Of a stretch of 26,327 nucleotides of DNA, positions 23,001 to 26,327 are shown piece after piece; position 1 is the stretch's first letter; the number at the start of each line of letters is the position of its first letter. The stretch is taken from assembly GCA_051294375.1 (NCBI GenBank), contig JBJCIZ010000766.1:1-26327 (forward strand), in the 5' to 3' direction. Both the position numbers and the translations under genes were made by a program. Under the pieces are notes generated by a model. It saw nothing but the letters and a program-made list of their open reading frames with translations. It ran no database searches and was not told the origin of the DNA. This stretch comes from Paraspadella gotoi (lineage: Eukaryota > Animalia > Chaetognatha).

Positions 23001-23855
23001 ATGGTAGCCTTTGAGCAGATCCACTTTGGAAAAAATTTTCTTACCGGCGAGTTCGGCATTGAAGTCTGCCAAGAGTTTGACGGGATACTTGTCATCACGT
23101 GTCATCGAGTTTAAACGGCGGAAATCGCCACAAACACGCCATCCTCCATCGCCCTTTGGGACGCACAGTATTGGCGACGACCATGAGCTCTTCGCTCGCT
23201 TGGCAATTCCAAGAGAAACCATTTTCTCCAACTCGGCTTTTGCCACTGCCAGCTTTTCTGGAGGGAGTCTCCGCGCTCGCGCTTGGCAGGGCCGGCCGAA
23301 GGTTGGGATATGGTGGCGAACTCCATGGCTTGGCTCCTTCAGCTCGAAGCTTGGCTTTGACAATGACGGGTACTGATCCAAAAGCTTGTAGTACACGTCC
23401 TCCGATTGATTCACAAAGTTGATGTGTGATGGAGGAGTTCCACGAGAAACTGCGCATGGTATTGTCGAATAGTCTCGCAGATCCAAGAGAAGGCCGTCGC
23501 GGTGGTTTGGTGCTAAAAAGTATTCGGCGAGGAAGTCAGCACCGAGGATGTTCTGCGTGACGTCAGCAATTAGCACATCAAAAGGGAAAATCCTCGGTCC
23601 CAACGTTATCCTTTTGTGGGCGACGCCGTAGCATGCAATGGGGCTGCCGTTGGCTGCTTGTAGCTGCGCGCCGGTTGGCCCTGCTGCTCTCTGCTCCGGC
23701 GTTGGTGGGACAAGCGACAAGAGGGCGCCGCCATCAACAAGCCAATGACGACCGTCGCTGGCGTCGACCACGTGGAGCAGATAAGAGGTGTCGGGTGATG
23801 CTGCGTTTGAGCGGGGTACAGCGTTCACCTGCGCTGCCCCGCTGATCCGTTTCCC
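20058..23855 (-). CDS. pol: Pol polyprotein (protease, RT, RNase H, integrase with GPY/F motif, Pro-rich tail), expressed by -1 frameshift
   Basis: Uninterrupted 1256-codon ORF: LVDGGA (PR), DLLKGYHQ / PFGLKNA / YLDD (RT), TTDASD (RH), H-x3-H...C-x2-C, D..D..E (IN), GPY. Confidence 0.97.
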   Translation of the reverse strand, partial: GKRISGAAQVNAVPRSNAASPDTSYLLHVVDASDGRHWLVDGGALLSLVPPTPEQRAAGPTGAQLQAANGSPIACYGVAHKRITLGPRIFPFDVLIADVTQNILGADFLAEYFLAPNHRDGLLLDLRDYSTIPCAVSRGTPPSHINFVNQSEDVYYKLLDQYPSLSKPSFELKEPSHGVRHHIPTFGRPCQARARRLPPEKLAVAKAELEKMVSLGIAKRAKSSWSSPILCVPKGDGGWRVCGDFRRLNSMTRDDKYPVKLLADFNAELAGKKIFSKVDLLKGYHQIPVADEDVAKTAVITPFGLFVFLRTPFGLKNAGQDFQRMMDEILGDIPHTYVYLDDILVASESAEQHVQDLNNVFKALAANGLVVNRKKCVLGKESLEFLGYLVDSSGVKPLPQKVDAIRATNPPTTIKELQRFLGMVNYYRRFLPKAAHHATALYDSLAGKPKQLVWTEDCAKAFEAVKDALANAALLRHPRTNAQLALTTDASDTAVGAVLEQRSDQGWEPLAFFSAKLDDSQRRWPPFDRELYGAFRAVRHFRHWLEGRSFTLYTDHQSLIHALHKRAEPQTTRHNFQLSVISEFTTDIRHVRGKANVVADALSRPNPPPAIASIEQSIPINKILDLKSTINAIGHEGIDLEEMARHQVLDKDYQSLSRDARTGLRFRRVTVGDQQLVVDVSNGPARPFVPEAWRRKIFDAVHGLGHPGVARTREAIAAKFVWPSLRADTTRWARECLACQQSKVTRHTVPNIGEFEVPAKRFQHLNVDITVMPISNDYGYLLTVVDRFTRWPTALPMKDMTATTVVDTLTHGWISTFGIPSDITTDRGAQFGSAIWSQLAEAWGIKHHQTAAYHPQANGLVERFHRRLKESLIALSREEPHQWFWRLPASLLAIRTTIKPDIGASPADLVFGEGLAVPGDLLPPPPGDNALLEHRRSLRNNLRLEVERLQPIETSTHREPRVYLPETLVTATHVFIQRSGVKPPLTAPYLGPYKIISRDNLNFRVEIPGQGIKTIAISRIKPATIWKEDPGEEQVSQPPPPPPPPPPPPSRRPGPRTRQPAPTTRITRSETRRQQQAATNWREESGEEQVSQPPTPPPPPGRRLGPRTRQPAPTTRMTRSETRRQQLAPRQGVNDDENDGNNEDDEAATINNVSSLSTAPPEAATPPRAQRPTSDHNESIEQNFGTLQIPSPAPLLPFGAPPPSPAMESISAPTPAPDENSWRQARLIPERFSLQKPSDTSSKTINSSNRPNYNAVLCHLLKNMN
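23794..23855 (-). promoter_or_regulatory. -1 programmed ribosomal frameshift signal
   Basis: Slippery G GGA AAC (23855-23849) in the gag frame, 5-nt spacer, hairpin AGCGGGG-CAGCG-loop-CGCTG-TA-CCCCGCT (23843-23810). The -1 frame reads into pol. Confidence 0.85.
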
Positions 23856-24934
23856 TGCCTCAGATCCTTCTCTCGCTTCTCTCCATGCCTGGCGCAGCCG
23901 CGCTCACATCTGAAGGCTGAGTCCCCGAATTTAAGGTGAAAACGGCAAATCTTTTTCAGCTTCGTGTTTTGCGAGTTTCCTGCACGGTTTGATGAGCTGC
24001 TTGGCGCTCCCGATCGCCAATTGGCCGTTGATGAGCGATTGGTGTCGCGCTTTCCGCTGCGGATGGCGTTAATACCACTTTCGTCACTGGAGTCGGCCGA
24101 TTGATCGTCGACGGAGGCCTCGAGAATGGCGGCGTTGATCGAGGCCGACGGCGCCGCCAACAATGGACGGCCTTCCATGTCAAAAAACTTGTCCGCAGCG
24201 TCGGCAAGCTGCGACGCTGTCCAAGTGTCGACCTTGTCTTCAAGGGAGCGGCGGATCTCGATCGGGAGTCCTCTGACGATCGTCTCCTTATGGAGGTCGT
24301 TGACCGTTACCGCCTTAGTTTTCTCCTCCAACTTGGCGAGCTGTTGTGAGGGGCGAAGGCCGTCTCGACCGAAACCATCAAGGAGAAGGGCTGCTTGTTG
24401 GCGAGGAGTCGAGCCATATTCTTTGCGCAGGTAGGAAATGAATTCAAGCCAGCGGGCGTCGCTTTGTTCACCATAGAGATAGGCGTTTACACGGGGGTTT
24501 ACGCCCACGTCGATCTTTGACTCTAAATGTGCGAACTTCTCTTTGGCGCCGCTGATGTTGGCGCGGACATACGCCGCCTCCACGCGGCGTATCCAAATCT
24601 CAATGTTTTTCGGATCAAAAGCTGGGAGCTCTGGCTTTTTTTTCTTATTGAGAGCGGAGAGAGCTGCAGAGAGGGCAGCGCGGAGCGCCTCCGTTTCGTC
24701 GGCGGCGCCGAGTATGGGCGCGGCGTTAGGGGCGGTGGCCATGATTGGCGTCGCGTCGAATGTGTTGTCGTCTCTAGGCGAAGGCGGCGAAAATTGGAAT
24801 GACGGTGACGCTAGGGCGCCGACTGGTGCGTTGGGTGAGTTCTCCCGTGAGCCTCGGCCTCTGCCGATGGCACTGGGGGCGCCGAGGGTGCTCTGAAGGC
24901 GAAGGCGAGCGGATTGGCGGATGGGTTCGGTCAT
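23825..24934 (-). CDS. gag: Gag protein with CHCC (C-x2-H-x9-C-x3-C) motif
   Basis: 369-aa ORF between PBS and pol. LPAFDPKNIEIWIRRVEA and LRPSQ segments, and CRFHLKFGDSAFRCERGC, are typical of CsRn1-like Gag. Start codon uncertain. Confidence 0.93.
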   Translation of the reverse strand: MTEPIRQSARLRLQSTLGAPSAIGRGRGSRENSPNAPVGALASPSFQFSPPSPRDDNTFDATPIMATAPNAAPILGAADETEALRAALSAALSALNKKKKPELPAFDPKNIEIWIRRVEAAYVRANISGAKEKFAHLESKIDVGVNPRVNAYLYGEQSDARWLEFISYLRKEYGSTPRQQAALLLDGFGRDGLRPSQQLAKLEEKTKAVTVNDLHKETIVRGLPIEIRRSLEDKVDTWTASQLADAADKFFDMEGRPLLAAPSASINAAILEASVDDQSADSSDESGINAIRSGKRDTNRSSTANWRSGAPSSSSNRAGNSQNTKLKKICRFHLKFGDSAFRCERGCARHGEKREKDLRQGNGSAGQRR

Positions 24935-24974
24935 GGATGACTTGGGCGGGTTCAGAAGGTTGGAAATTGTCTTG

Positions 24975-24989
24975 CGTCGTGGCTAACCA
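24975..24989 (-). promoter_or_regulatory. Primer binding site
   Basis: TGGTTAGCCACGACG lies one base inside the 5' LTR. It loosely resembles the tRNA-Trp PBS TGGTGACCCCGACG; tRNA identity is tentative. Confidence 0.7.
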
Positions 24990-24990
24990 A

Positions 24991-25501
24991 TGTGGATGTC
25001 GCTGTATGAATTCGTTGGATGTCGCAGCAAGCTTTGAGATAAAAGTTTCAGTAACCAATTTGCTTGGTTTGTAAGATAAAATTGACCTTAATAAAATAAT
25101 CAAAGCATATAGATATTCCGTTGCTTTTGCCAGCAAGCAATGGCAATATCTATATGGCAAAACATTGCAATAATAGTTTAATTAATCAATTAATAACAAG
25201 TTAATAAAAGCGTAACAAATAATTAATAAATTAGTAATGAGACGAGATTTGAGTTGAGTTGCTAAATTTGTAAAACATTTGTGAAAAGGTTTTCAAGTAG
25301 AACTCAGGAGATAAGAATTATTTGTCTCAAATCAGCTGATTGTTTGGAGAAAAGCTTGATCATTTGTTTGATGATAACAAAAGGGAAATAAGCAATAATC
25401 AATGTAGATATATGTCTATAGTGTGATAACTTAAAGTAACTGAGTGGCGACATCGGTTGAGCCTGAGGTCATGGGGGAATAATCCCGGGATCGAATCTAC
25501 A
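24991..25501 (-). repeat. 5' LTR (511 bp)
   Basis: TG...CA termini, adjacent PBS and TSD, matches the 3' LTR. Confidence 0.95.
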
Positions 25502-26327
25502 AGTTGACCAAATTATGCCAGCTGACAAAATTATGCCAGCTGACAAAATTATGTCAGTTGACCAAATTATGACAGTTGACCAAATAATGCAAGTTGATTA
25601 AATTATGCAAGTTGACCAAGTTAGCTTATTACCACTTAATTATCGTAGGCAGATCCGACATTGTTTGCTCAAACTTGTTTATTTTAAATTATAGTTTCAG
25701 ATTCACCACATTTTTTAAAGCATGTTTTAATATTGTTATATGATATTTTGATGTCTAAGTCCTTAAAAACGATAAGAACTTTTTCCATCTAATATTTTTA
25801 ATTACAAAAAGGGAAAAATGATGATTTTTTAGTTTTTAGATAATTGGATTGGCCGGTAAATCTGTCCGTCGGTCTTTTTTTTAGCATAACCGTATAGTAA
25901 ATTCCATTATTTATGTAGAAATATCCTTATAAAATCAATAAATTTTAAAATATTTTTTTTTGTATTTTTAAGAACTAATTTGGATTCGCTTTAAAAAATT
26001 AAGAAACTTTTATAAAATATTGTGGAAGACCACGACATAAAGAGTTGGGAGACATTATGTATGAGGTAAAACATTGAAGAGACATAACATAGTATATGTG
26101 AATAATTGTTGAAACATAAGCAATAACATGTGTACAGTTCGAAGGTTGAAACGGTTGTGTTTCTCGTGGCTACGGCCACAACGGAAGAAACCCGTTGAAG
26201 CCCGGGACGACGAGACCAATGACCGGAGGACTGAGGTCATGTGGTCGTTGAGGGAAAAGAGAGAGTCGAGGTAACTCGGCCTCAATATATATTGGTTATA
26301 TTGGTTGTACCAATTTCATAAAATTCA

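Larger units (their letters stand above)
18553..25501 (-). mobile_element. Full-length Ty3/Gypsy LTR retrotransposon, CsRn1/Kabuki-like clade
   Basis: TG...CA LTRs at 24991-25501 (5') and 18553-19930 (3', interrupted). 4-bp TSD AGTT (18549-18552, 25502-25505). PBS TGGTTAGCCACGACG, PPT GGGGGGGA. Domain order PR-RT-RH-IN, Gag CHCC motif. Confidence 0.97.
17251..25680 (-). mobile_element. HINE-like element split by nested insertions
   Basis: Head at 25621-25680 (reverse complement of 9111-9170). TTGACCAAATTATGCCAG minisatellite in three pieces (~17713-17849, 18293-18552, 25502-25620). 17251-17640 matches the reverse complement of ~9720-9925. The 3' hairpin is not seen. Confidence 0.85.

Noticed and set aside
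20120-25160. Many short overlapping and antisense ORFs in the Gypsy element
   Set aside because: Expected shadow ORFs of GC-rich gag/pol; no independent motifs.

Overview
AT-rich, repeat-dense eukaryotic (probably invertebrate metazoan) DNA with three N gaps. The one recognisable host gene is the first coding exon of a GGA-type VHS-domain clathrin adaptor (+, 16724-17003). Its presumed intron holds nested mobile elements. A DINE-1/HINE-like element has a minisatellite carrying a 443-bp insertion and a full-length CsRn1/Kabuki-like Ty3/Gypsy retrotransposon (-, 18553-25501) with intact gag and pol, a -1 frameshift signal and a 4-bp TSD. The 3' LTR of that element is split by a TTAA-targeting Kolobok-like element. 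The left half has two Penelope-type insertions with the same layout (TSD, inverted arm, direct arm, ~40-nt tail, TSD): a decayed RT/GIY-YIG copy and a ~200-bp miniature carrying a minimal hammerhead-ribozyme motif. It also has a tRNA-derived SINE candidate, more HINE copies, LTR-like relics, an indel-rich 1.1-kb tandem duplication that may be an assembly artefact, and several unexplained GC-rich exon-like islands. All calls come from manual reading; no database search or folding was run.
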